A DNA stretch of 64,000 nt from an uncultured Gemmatimonadales bacterium (lineage in GTDB: Bacteria > Gemmatimonadota > Gemmatimonadetes > Gemmatimonadales > Gemmatimonadaceae), in contig CAWKNZ010000007.1 in the NCBI GenBank assembly GCA_963851265.1, forward strand, positions 640,001 to 704,000, read 5' to 3'. Below the pieces are notes generated by a model that was not told the DNA's origin, did not search any database, and saw only the letters and a list, made by a program, of their open reading frames with translations. Both the position numbers and the translations under genes were made by a program. Positions 18,934-27,698 of this stretch are shown piece after piece. Position 1 is the stretch's first letter; the number at the start of each line of letters is the position of its first letter.

Positions 18934-20337
18934 TCAGCAGCCCCGCTTCGCCTGGTACGTCAACTCGTCGTCGACGTCGCCCAGCACCACCCGGTTCACC
19001 CACTCGACCCCCTGCGCGACCGAGTGGTCCATGTTCCCCACCTCGTAGCGCCACGCCCCGAACCGCCCGCGCGAGTAGACCCCCCGCTCGTGCAGCCACG
19101 GGTGCACCGTGCGCAGCACCCCGTCGCGCTCGAGCGACGGCGTCGGGTACGTGTAGTCGCGCTCGATCACGAACGTGTCCGCGATGCGCGACTCGACGTC
19201 CTCCTCGGTGAGCAGGCGCGTGCTCACCATCCCGTCGAGCGTCTGCTGCACGATCGTGTTCCGGTCCTCGGGCTTGAACTCCGAGTGCGAGATCTCGGCG
19301 AGCAGCGAGTGCTGGCGCGTGTGGTCGGGTACGACCTCGGGCGAGTAGTTGGACAGGTACGTGACGCGGTAGAACGGCGCGTCCTCCTCGGGGAAGTACA
19401 TCCAGCACTTGCTCGTCTCGGCCGGTCGGTCGACGCCGACCCCGACGATGAACGAGCCCGAGTGGCGGAGCCGCTTCGTCTCGGCGCGGATGTGGTCCGG
19501 CGCGTCGGTGGTGAGGGCGACGAACTTGTCCATCGGGAGCGTCGACATGAGCACGTCGTACGACTCCTCACGCCCGTCGGCGAAGCGCACCGTCTTGCGC
19601 CCGGTGTCGACCGCGACCGCCGCCGCCTCCAGTGCGAGGTGCTCCTTGATGTAGGGCACGATGCGCTCGAACAGCCCGCCGGTGCCGCCGAAGCGCGGGT
19701 ACTTGAACGTGTTGTTGGGCCCCCAGCCGGCGTCGTCGCGGTTGAGGATCACGTTGCCCAGCACCCGCTCGAGTGACGGCAGCGCGACGCGCTCGCCGAT
19801 CCACTCCTTGTTCATCATGCGCGGCGGGTGCGCCCACACCTTGAAGTTGTACGGCATCATGAAGTACTTGGCCAACCCCGCGCCGAACTGCTTCATGATT
19901 AGTTGCTCGAAATTCTCGATCTTGTCCAACTCCAGCGGCGTCCGCTGCGCCTCGACGAGCCCGAGCACGCACTCCAGCACGACCTCCTTCGGGAGGTTGC
20001 GGATGTTGTTCTGCAGCGGGTACGGCAGGAAGCGCCCGCACATCCACACCCAGGCCTCGCGCACGAGCTCCTGGTACTCGTCGCCCATCAGCTTGTCGAA
20101 GAGCGCGTCGAAATACTTGTAGTGCGAGAAGAGGACGTGCCCGCCGATGTCGTACGTGAAGCCGTTGGGACTCCGCTCGCTCGAGGCGAGGCCGCCCACC
20201 TTGTCGCGCGCCTCGTACACCCGAAAGTTGCGGTAGCCGAGTTCCTGCAGTCGGTACGCGGCGGCGAGACCGGTGGGGCCGGCGCCGAGGATGACGATCT
20301 TCTGCTCGGACTGCGGAACGGACGTCGAATCGGACAC
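18934..20337 (-). CDS. FAD-dependent oxidoreductase; eukaryote-type UDP-galactopyranose mutase
   Basis: GAGPTG; GGHVLFSHYKYFD, PYNFKVWA, WIGERVA, WGPNNTFKYP, PFYR, YPTP, RGRFGAWRYEVGNMDHS. Confidence 0.75.
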   Translation of the reverse strand: MSDSTSVPQSEQKIVILGAGPTGLAAAYRLQELGYRNFRVYEARDKVGGLASSERSPNGFTYDIGGHVLFSHYKYFDALFDKLMGDEYQELVREAWVWMCGRFLPYPLQNNIRNLPKEVVLECVLGLVEAQRTPLELDKIENFEQLIMKQFGAGLAKYFMMPYNFKVWAHPPRMMNKEWIGERVALPSLERVLGNVILNRDDAGWGPNNTFKYPRFGGTGGLFERIVPYIKEHLALEAAAVAVDTGRKTVRFADGREESYDVLMSTLPMDKFVALTTDAPDHIRAETKRLRHSGSFIVGVGVDRPAETSKCWMYFPEEDAPFYRVTYLSNYSPEVVPDHTRQHSLLAEISHSEFKPEDRNTIVQQTLDGMVSTRLLTEEDVESRIADTFVIERDYTYPTPSLERDGVLRTVHPWLHERGVYSRGRFGAWRYEVGNMDHSVAQGVEWVNRVVLGDVDDELTYQAKRGC

Positions 20338-20373
20338 GAATAGGGCTCAGTCAGAGATTTAAACAAGCGAGCC

Positions 20374-22689
20374 CTACGGTCTTTCTGCGGGCTGCGCGGC
20401 GACGTATTCGCAAATTGCGTTCTCAATCGGGCCGAGGAGCAGCCCGCGCGAGGTGCCGAGGACCGCGCGCCGCGGGCGCGCCGCGGCGAGGCCGAAGTGG
20501 TCGAGCGGCACGCTCTCGACCAGCGCGCCGTCCAGGCCCGCGGCCTCGGCGACTCGGCGCGCGAACTCCGCCCAGGTGAACGCGCCCTGGTTCGCCAGGT
20601 GCCACACGCCCGACGCCCCGTCCACGACGAGGTCGAGCACGGCGTGGGCGAGCGCGGGCACGTACGTCGGACTCACGACGACGTCCGCGAGCGCCCGGAA
20701 CGGGCGCCCCGCGGCCAGCTCGCGCCGCGCGACGGTGGCGAAATTCCACGCGTCCCACGGCCCGAAGAACGCGCTCGTGCGCACGACGAGCGCCGACGGC
20801 AACGCGTCCAACACCCGCGCCTCGGCCTCGGCCTTCGTCGCGCCATACACGTTCAGCGGCACCGGCGCGTCGTCCTCGATGTAGTCCCGGTCGAGCGAGC
20901 CGTCGAAGACGAGGTCGCTCGAGAAGGTGGAGAGCTGCACGCCGCGACGCGCGCACGCGGCGGCGAGGACCGACGGGCCGCACACGTTCTCCCGATAGCA
21001 GGCGTCCCGCTCCCGCTCGGCGTCGTCGACGCGCACGTAGCCGGCGGCGTTCACGACGGCCCACGGGCGCCACGCGACCATCGCGTCGTCCACCGCACGC
21101 GCGTCGGCGACGTCGAGCTCGGCACGCGTCGTCAAGCGGTACGCGAGCCCGCGCTCCTCGCACAGCCGCGCGACCGCGCGGGCGAGCGTGCCTGCACCGC
21201 CCGTGATGAGCAGCGGCCGCGCGTTGCGGTAGCGCGCGTCACGCCGTCGCGCGGCGACCCCCGCGGGACGCAGCGCACGCCGCAGCGCGGGGGCGAGCGG
21301 CGAGCGCGGCTCCCACCCCCGCGCCTGCCGGTGCGCGAAACGCCGCGGCTCCTGCCACCAACCGGGGCCGTCGAGCGCGGGATGGTCGTGCGTTCCGTGC
21401 TCGGCGAGGGCGCGCACCATCGCGGCGAGCGCGGTGGGGCGGGGCGCGGGGCCGCGCGTATCGAACAACCCCGTCTCGTACACGCCGTCCTCGCGCGTCA
21501 GCAGACTCGCCCAGTCGTGCGCGCCGAACGCGGACCACGCGGTGACGGCGCGAACGTCCACCCCCGCGTCGCGCACACGGCAGGCCGCGTCCCAGACGTC
21601 CGCGAGCCAGCGCAGCTGCTGCTCGCGCGTGCAGCCGAGGTGCGCCTCGGTGATGGCGAGCGGGCGCCCGAAGCGCGTCCACGCCTCGGCGAGCAGGGTC
21701 GCGGGGCCGTCGCAGCCACGCGCGCGCACGCGGACCGCCTCGACGTCCGCGTAGCGCGCCCACGTGGTGCCACCGTGCGTGTGCGGCGGATAACGCCCCA
21801 GACGCCGGTCGAGGAACCGCTCGCTCGTGACGTAGTAGTTGAGGCCGATCACGTCGGGCGGGCACGGATCGTCGCGCAGGTCGTGTAGCACTCGCTCGTC
21901 GATGCCGGCCGCCGACAGGAACGTCCACATCGGGTCGCCCGGGGCGAGCTGGCCGGTGAGCAGGTCGTACGTCACCCACCGCCGCTCGTTGTCGAACCAG
22001 ACCTGCTGCGCGAGCGTGGCCGTGCCGTGCGTCTTGCCGAGGTCTTCGGTCTGCACGAGCTGAGCGGCCGGGTTCACCGCGCGGATGGCGCGCATCGCCG
22101 CGCGCACGCCGAGCACCTGGGCGACGAGGGCGGTCGCGAACGTCGCGTCGTCGCGCCCGTGCGGGTACCAGTGGCCGTACAGCCCGGCGAAGCGCGCCGT
22201 GGTGAGTGGCTCGTTCACCGGCGTCCACCGGTCGATCCACGGGAACCGCTCGGCGACCGCGCCCGCGTAGCGTCCGAGGCGTTCGGGAAAGCGCGGGTCG
22301 ACGAGGCTCGTGCCCATCGGCCCGCTGCCGTGGTGTAAGAGTCCGACGATCGGGTGCACGCCGAGTTCGCGCAGGCGGGCCAGGCGCCGGTCGGCCCAAC
22401 GCCAGTCCGTGTGCCGGACGTCCACGTCGGCCGTGCGCTCCCAGAGGATGGGGTAGCGCAGTGCCGAGATGCCGAGGGCGGCCAGCCGGTCGAGGTCATC
22501 CTCGCGCGCGGCGTGTCCGCCGCGTTCGAGCTGGTCGGAGAAGGTGTCGCCGACGCGGTTGACCGTACACTCGACGCCGGCCCACACCTCGGGGCGCGCG
22601 TTGGGGGTGGGGGCGGTACGCATCATCGAGCTCCGGGGTGTCGAGAGGACCATGCCGGCGCAACGCGACAGCGTCGATCGTTTGGTCAC
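20374..22689 (-). CDS. GH1 glycoside hydrolase / dTDP-4-dehydrorhamnose reductase (RmlD-like) fusion (start uncertain: 22689, 22653 or 22626)
   Basis: GH1 VNEP and ITEA motifs; C-terminal TGGAGTL, NAAGY..VD.AE, SSDLVFDG, YGATK, SPTY. Confidence 0.8.
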   Translation of the reverse strand: MTKRSTLSRCAGMVLSTPRSSMMRTAPTPNARPEVWAGVECTVNRVGDTFSDQLERGGHAAREDDLDRLAALGISALRYPILWERTADVDVRHTDWRWADRRLARLRELGVHPIVGLLHHGSGPMGTSLVDPRFPERLGRYAGAVAERFPWIDRWTPVNEPLTTARFAGLYGHWYPHGRDDATFATALVAQVLGVRAAMRAIRAVNPAAQLVQTEDLGKTHGTATLAQQVWFDNERRWVTYDLLTGQLAPGDPMWTFLSAAGIDERVLHDLRDDPCPPDVIGLNYYVTSERFLDRRLGRYPPHTHGGTTWARYADVEAVRVRARGCDGPATLLAEAWTRFGRPLAITEAHLGCTREQQLRWLADVWDAACRVRDAGVDVRAVTAWSAFGAHDWASLLTREDGVYETGLFDTRGPAPRPTALAAMVRALAEHGTHDHPALDGPGWWQEPRRFAHRQARGWEPRSPLAPALRRALRPAGVAARRRDARYRNARPLLITGGAGTLARAVARLCEERGLAYRLTTRAELDVADARAVDDAMVAWRPWAVVNAAGYVRVDDAERERDACYRENVCGPSVLAAACARRGVQLSTFSSDLVFDGSLDRDYIEDDAPVPLNVYGATKAEAEARVLDALPSALVVRTSAFFGPWDAWNFATVARRELAAGRPFRALADVVVSPTYVPALAHAVLDLVVDGASGVWHLANQGAFTWAEFARRVAEAAGLDGALVESVPLDHFGLAAARPRRAVLGTSRGLLLGPIENAICEYVAAQPAERP

Positions 22690-22770
22690 AAGACACGCGC
22701 CGCGTGATCGACGAGGATCACGCGGCGCGTGTGGCGCACCGGGCAGGTGCGGCGGCCCTGGTGGGGCCGG

Positions 22771-24045
22771 TCAGGCGGTGAGTTCTTCGCCGACGCTGCG
22801 GTTGCTGCGCCCGCCGGCCACCGCGAGGCGACTCGTCCCGGTAGAGGCGACCGTCGGACTGACGGTGGGCGTATTGCTCTCGACGGCCTCGCCGACGAGG
22901 CGGCGCATCTTGGTGACGATCGATTCCCACGAGGCGTCGGCGGCCATGCCAATGCCGCGCGCGACGAGCGCGGGGTCGGGCGTGTTGACCGCGGCGCGTA
23001 CCGCCGCCGCGAACCCGTCATAGCTCCGCGCGACCTTGACCACGGGGGTGAAGTTGCGGACGACGTCGGCCACGGCGGTCGAGACGATCGGCTTGCCGGC
23101 GGCCATGTACTCGAGGGTCTTCGTCGGGTTGATGTACTCCGTCGCCTCGTTGAGCGCGAACGGCATCAGGCAGACGTCGAACGCCTTGGCGTACATCGGC
23201 AGCTCGGCGTACTGCTTCTGGCCGAGCCAGACGATGTTGGGCGCCTTGGGCAGGTCCTTCGGATCGACCTTGACCACAGGGCCGGCCATCGCGACGGTCG
23301 CGCGGGGGAACGCCGCGGCGAGGTGCGCGATGAGCGCGTAGTCGAGCCGCTCGTCGATCACGCCGTAGAAGCCGAAGATCGGCGCGTCCTGCTCGGGGAG
23401 GTCGGCGGGGCGGGGCGTGCTGTCGAGGCGGGCCTTCGCGAAGTGGGCCGAGTCGACGCCGCAGCCGAAGAAGTGCACGTTGGGGTGCAGCTTCGACTTG
23501 CTCTGCCAGAGCTTGTAGCCGCCGGTGAACACGAGGTCGGCGCGCGACATGAGCAGCTGCTCGCGCGCGACGAGCTCGGGCGGGGCGAACTTGAACTGCG
23601 CGAGCTCGTCCATGCAGTCGTAGACGACCGCGCGCTCGCCGAAGGCGCCGAGCATCGCCGGGGCCGGCATCGGCGTGTAGAACCACTGCACCGGCGCGGC
23701 GAACTGGCCGTTGCCGAGCGCCCCGCCACGGGCGAGCGCCTGCTGCAACGTCTTGCGCACGACCGCCAGCGCACCGTCGGCGTCATGGAACAGCGTGCTC
23801 GGCAGGCGCGGGATCACCCGGGTCACGCCGCGCACCGGCTGCGTGATGTCGAGCGAGGGAGTCGTGAGGTCGTCGACGAACACGGCCTCTTCGACGAAGA
23901 GGACGGGCGCGTGCTGGGCGAAGCGCGACAGAAGTTGCTGCGGACGTTGCCAGACGAAGTCCCAGCGCAGGTGGCTGTGGACGAGGAGTGGCGCGTCCGA
24001 GAGGACGGCGAGCGGAGCGGCGCGGTCGTGACGGATCATGGGCAC
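22771..24045 (-). CDS. Glycosyltransferase (GT-B) of the type usually found beside UDP-galactopyranose mutase
   Basis: SHLRWDFVWQRPQQLLSRF, YDCMDEL, GVIDERLD, NPTKTLEYMAAGKPIVST. Confidence 0.85.
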   Translation of the reverse strand: MPMIRHDRAAPLAVLSDAPLLVHSHLRWDFVWQRPQQLLSRFAQHAPVLFVEEAVFVDDLTTPSLDITQPVRGVTRVIPRLPSTLFHDADGALAVVRKTLQQALARGGALGNGQFAAPVQWFYTPMPAPAMLGAFGERAVVYDCMDELAQFKFAPPELVAREQLLMSRADLVFTGGYKLWQSKSKLHPNVHFFGCGVDSAHFAKARLDSTPRPADLPEQDAPIFGFYGVIDERLDYALIAHLAAAFPRATVAMAGPVVKVDPKDLPKAPNIVWLGQKQYAELPMYAKAFDVCLMPFALNEATEYINPTKTLEYMAAGKPIVSTAVADVVRNFTPVVKVARSYDGFAAAVRAAVNTPDPALVARGIGMAADASWESIVTKMRRLVGEAVESNTPTVSPTVASTGTSRLAVAGGRSNRSVGEELTA

Positions 24046-24126
24046 GGCGTCGTGGGCGCGCAGACCGACACCAGACAGGCCACGGCAGCGCGGGGGCGGA
24101 AACAGGCGGGCACAAGGCCCGACGCG

Positions 24127-24193
24127 CGTCGAGCCGGATGCACGACGTCAGACGGAGGGAATTCCCTCCGGACGTCGCGCATCCGGCTCGACG
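24127..24193. repeat. Long imperfect inverted repeat (hairpin)
   Basis: cgtcgagccggatgc...cggagggaa|ttccctccg...gcatccggctcgacg, with one mismatch and a 3-nt bulge. Confidence 0.65.
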
Positions 24194-24279
24194 AGGACGT
24201 CTTCGTGCCAACCCTTAACGCAAGCCTTGTTCCCGAATAGCGCTGTCGAGGCCGCTGTTGATTGGATTACAAACTAATC

Positions 24280-25293
24280 TCAGCCGCCCGCCGTGCCCGA
24301 ATCACCGGCCGAATCACCCGCCGCAGCGAGCAGTCGGCGGGCACCCAGCCACCGCCGGAAGAGCGAACGGTTGCGGTCGATCGTCGTCTCGATGACCTGG
24401 CCGTGGCTCACGCTGGCGTGGATGAAGCGCCCCTCGCCGAGGTAAATGCCGACGTGCGACACGTGGCTCCGGCTGCCGAACGTGAGCAGGTCGCCCGGGC
24501 GCAGCATGTTGGGGTCGCGCGGGATCGCGCGCCCGATCTGCGCCTGCTGGTTGGCGGTTCGCGGCAGGCGGATGCCGAGGGCCTCCATCGTGTAGCGCGC
24601 GAAGCTGCTGCAATCGAGGCCCGCACCCGGCTGGGAGCCGCCAAACACGTAGCGCGTGCCGACCTGGCTGCGCGCGCGGCTCACGAGGGCGTCCAGGAGC
24701 GACGCCGCGGAGTGCGTGATCGCGGCGAGCGTGCGCGCGGCGGCCGCCGGGGGCACCATCGCCGTCTCGGGCGGCCCGCCGAAGCCGGCGAGCGAGCGGC
24801 CGGCCGGGTAGCTCGTGGCCGCCAAGGCGAGGTCGGGCAGCGCAAACTGTGGAATCGCGAGGGCTGGGGGCGCCTGCTGGGCGACCTCGGCGGCCTCCTC
24901 GTGCCGCACGCCGCCGTGGTGACGGGTCTTGTGCGCGTGGGCTCGCTCGTGCTCGGCGTGCCGACCGCCGGCGTGCTTCGCACGTGACGTCTTCCGACTG
25001 GCTACGCCCCCGTGTGTGACGTGGGCCGCGTGGGCCCCCTTGTGCCGCGGGTGGGACGCCGCCGCGGGCGCCGCATCGATCGCGAGCGCTACCCCGGCCA
25101 TCGTCACCGCGAGCAGTGCCGAGCGGGCCACCGAGCGCGCCGCCGACCGCGACGACACGCGCTTCGCGGAGGCGTGCCTCGCAGATGGGCGCGACGGGAA
25201 CGCGCGCAGAAGGGGGAGGAAGACCACGAGGAGGATGGGACGGAGGGAGGACTGCGTGGCGGGCCGTGTGACGGCGGGGAACCGTCGCCCCAC
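24280..25293 (-). CDS. NlpC/P60 (C40) peptidoglycan endopeptidase, secreted (start uncertain)
   Basis: LDCSSF, LPRTA, PGDLLTF, SHVGIYLGEGRFIHAS; His-rich linker. Confidence 0.85.
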   Translation of the reverse strand: MGRRFPAVTRPATQSSLRPILLVVFLPLLRAFPSRPSARHASAKRVSSRSAARSVARSALLAVTMAGVALAIDAAPAAASHPRHKGAHAAHVTHGGVASRKTSRAKHAGGRHAEHERAHAHKTRHHGGVRHEEAAEVAQQAPPALAIPQFALPDLALAATSYPAGRSLAGFGGPPETAMVPPAAAARTLAAITHSAASLLDALVSRARSQVGTRYVFGGSQPGAGLDCSSFARYTMEALGIRLPRTANQQAQIGRAIPRDPNMLRPGDLLTFGSRSHVSHVGIYLGEGRFIHASVSHGQVIETTIDRNRSLFRRWLGARRLLAAAGDSAGDSGTAGG

Positions 25294-25385
25294 CAGAGGA
25301 CACGATCGAACCTAGACCACGTATCAGATCCGTCGTGCCTGCGTAGCAGTCGAACTACTCGAGATCCTGGCCACCCGGTCAGGCG

Positions 25386-26060
25386 TTAGCGAATTCCGGT
25401 GACCTTGTGGGTCTGGACGGAGAGGCGCCACCGCGGATTTGCCAGGCAATAGTCCACGGCCGCGGCGGTGTTCGCCGCGACCACCGCACGGTCGGCGCCG
25501 TCCATCGGCTGGAGCCAGAAGTGCCGGAATCGCAACCCCTCGAAGCGCGCCGGCTGCGCCGCGGCCTCGCTCTGCGGGTAGACGAGCTTCAACTCGTCGC
25601 CCGACTCGAGCCGGAGCGGCGCGCCGGCCTTCGGACTCACGCAGACCCAGTCGAGGCCGGGGGGTGCCGGCTGCGTGCCGTTCGTCTCGACGGCAACCTC
25701 GAAGCCGGCCGCGTGCAGGGCGTCGACGCACGCCGCGTCCAGTTGGAGGAGCGGCTCGCCGCCGGTACACACCACGAGCGGCACCACGCCGTCCGCGCGG
25801 GCGTCCGAGGGGACGCGACCCGTGCCGCCCTCCCAGCGGTCCGCGACGGCCGCGGCGAGCGCAGGTGCGTCGGCGAAGCGTCCGCCGTCAGGGCCGACGC
25901 CGACGAAATCCGTGTCGCAGAATCGGCAGACCGCGCGGTCTCGGTCGGCCTCGCGCCCCGTCCACAGATTGCACCCGGAGAAGCGGCAGAACACGGCCGC
26001 GCGCCCGGCGTTGGCGCCCTCGCCCTGCAGCGTGTAGAAGATCTCCTTGACGGTATACAT
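25386..26060 (-). CDS. queE: 7-carboxy-7-deazaguanine synthase (Cx14Cx2C-type radical SAM)
   Basis: KEIFYTLQGEG, CNLWTGREADRDRAVCRFC, TGGEP, ETNG, VSPK, SVQTHK. Confidence 0.93.
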   Translation of the reverse strand: MYTVKEIFYTLQGEGANAGRAAVFCRFSGCNLWTGREADRDRAVCRFCDTDFVGVGPDGGRFADAPALAAAVADRWEGGTGRVPSDARADGVVPLVVCTGGEPLLQLDAACVDALHAAGFEVAVETNGTQPAPPGLDWVCVSPKAGAPLRLESGDELKLVYPQSEAAAQPARFEGLRFRHFWLQPMDGADRAVVAANTAAAVDYCLANPRWRLSVQTHKVTGIR

Positions 26061-26069
26061 CGCCGGCTG

Positions 26070-26843
26070 CTACCCCGCCGCGGCCGCCGCGTAGCGCGTC
26101 GGGTCGGGAATGCCGGCCTCCTCGAATCCCTTGCGGCGCAGGATGCACGCGTCGCAGTGGCCGCACGCGCCGCCCGTCGCGTCGGGGTCGTAGCAGCTCG
26201 TGGTCGCGCCGTAGTCGACGCCGAGCGAGGCGCCGAGCCGGATCGTCGCGGCCTTCGAGAGGTGAAGGAGGGGGGTGCGGACGCGGAGCGCGACCTCTCC
26301 GCGGGCGGCCGCCTCGACGCCGGCGCGCGTGGCGAGGTTCGCCATGCGTTCGAACGCCTCGACGTACTCGGGGCGGCAATCCGGGTACCCGGAGTAGTCG
26401 ACGGCCGACACGCCGAGGAAGATGTCGCCCGCGCCGCTCGTCTCGGCGAGGGCGAGGGCGTACGACAGGAAGATCGTGTTCCGCGCCGGCACGTAGGTGA
26501 TCGGCACCTCGTGCTCGGCCATCGCCTCCGGGGCGCGGTCCTTGGGCACGGGAAGATCGCCGGTGAGCGCGGAGCCGCCGAACGTGCGAAGGTCGATGTC
26601 GACGACGACGTGGCGCGCGACGCCTGCCGCGGCGGCGATTCGGCGCGCGGCCTCCACCTCGTGCGCGTGCCGCTGGCCGTAGCGGAAGCTGAGCGCCTGC
26701 ACCGCGAACCCCTCGCGCCGGGCCAGGGCCAGGCAGGTGGTCGAATCGAGCCCGCCCGAGAGCAGGACGACGGCGGGCGCGGGGGCGGCCGGCGTAGGAG
26801 CTGACGGTGCGGCGGGTGGGGCGGCGGGTGGCGCGGCAGACAT
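26070..26843 (-). CDS. queC: 7-cyano-7-deazaguanine synthase
   Basis: SGGLDS, YGQRH, TYVPARN, YPDCR, SCY...CGHCDAC. Confidence 0.93.
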   Translation of the reverse strand: MSAAPPAAPPAAPSAPTPAAPAPAVVLLSGGLDSTTCLALARREGFAVQALSFRYGQRHAHEVEAARRIAAAAGVARHVVVDIDLRTFGGSALTGDLPVPKDRAPEAMAEHEVPITYVPARNTIFLSYALALAETSGAGDIFLGVSAVDYSGYPDCRPEYVEAFERMANLATRAGVEAAARGEVALRVRTPLLHLSKAATIRLGASLGVDYGATTSCYDPDATGGACGHCDACILRRKGFEEAGIPDPTRYAAAAAG

Positions 26844-26895
26844 GCGCGGAAGGTACGCCGTTCCGGTGGCCCTGTCGTTGCCACGAGGACCGGGC

Positions 26896-27696
26896 ATGAA
26901 CGCGCTCACCGACCCGTCGGTCTGGCTCGGGCTCCTGACGCTCACGGCGCTGGAGATCGTGCTCGGCATCGACAACGTGATCTTCCTGTCGATCCTCGCC
27001 GGCAAGTTACCGCCCGAGGAGCAGGCGACCGGCCGGCGTCTGGGTCTCGCGATGGCGTTCGTCACGCGCGTCCTGCTCCTGCTGAGCATCAGCTGGCTCG
27101 CGCGGCTCACGGCTCCACTCTTCACGGTGAGCGCCCTGTCGTTCCTCGAACTCGAGGCGCGCGAGATCACGGGGCGCGACCTGATCCTGATCGTCGGCGG
27201 ACTCTTCCTGATCGGGAAGTCGACCTACGAGATCCACCACAAGCTCGACGCGCGCGACGAGGCGACGGCCGCCGGGTCGGCGCGGCGTACGGCGTCGCTC
27301 GCCGCGGTGGTCGCGCAGATCGCGGTGGTCGACATCGTCTTCTCGCTCGACTCGGTGATCACCGCGGTCGGGATGGTCAACAACATCCCGGTGATGATCG
27401 CGGCCAACGTCCTCGCGCTCGTGTTCATGCTCGGCGCCTCGGGCCCGATCGCGGCGTTCGTCGATCGCCACCCGACCGTGAAGATGCTGGCGCTCAGCTT
27501 TTTGGTCCTCATCGGAACGAATCTCGTGGCCGAGGGCTTCGGGCAGCACATCCCCAAGGGGTACACATACTTCGCGATGTTCTTCTCGGTCGCGGTCGAG
27601 CTGCTGAACCTGCGGCTGCGCGGGCGGGACGCGGCGGCCGAGCGGCCGCTGCGAGCCGGCGGCACGGTGGAGCAGGCGCTCGTGGGGGAGGAGTAG
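26896..27696 (+). CDS. TerC family membrane protein
   Basis: [38 protein letters not shown]. Confidence 0.9.
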   Translation: MNALTDPSVWLGLLTLTALEIVLGIDNVIFLSILAGKLPPEEQATGRRLGLAMAFVTRVLLLLSISWLARLTAPLFTVSALSFLELEAREITGRDLILIVGGLFLIGKSTYEIHHKLDARDEATAAGSARRTASLAAVVAQIAVVDIVFSLDSVITAVGMVNNIPVMIAANVLALVFMLGASGPIAAFVDRHPTVKMLALSFLVLIGTNLVAEGFGQHIPKGYTYFAMFFSVAVELLNLRLRGRDAAAERPLRAGGTVEQALVGEE

Positions 27697-27698
27697 CG

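Noticed and set aside
25386..26843. queC/queE as part of a 7-deazaguanine DNA-modification (dpd) island
   Set aside because: No dpdA/tgt-like gene or mobile context nearby; consistent with ordinary queuosine biosynthesis.
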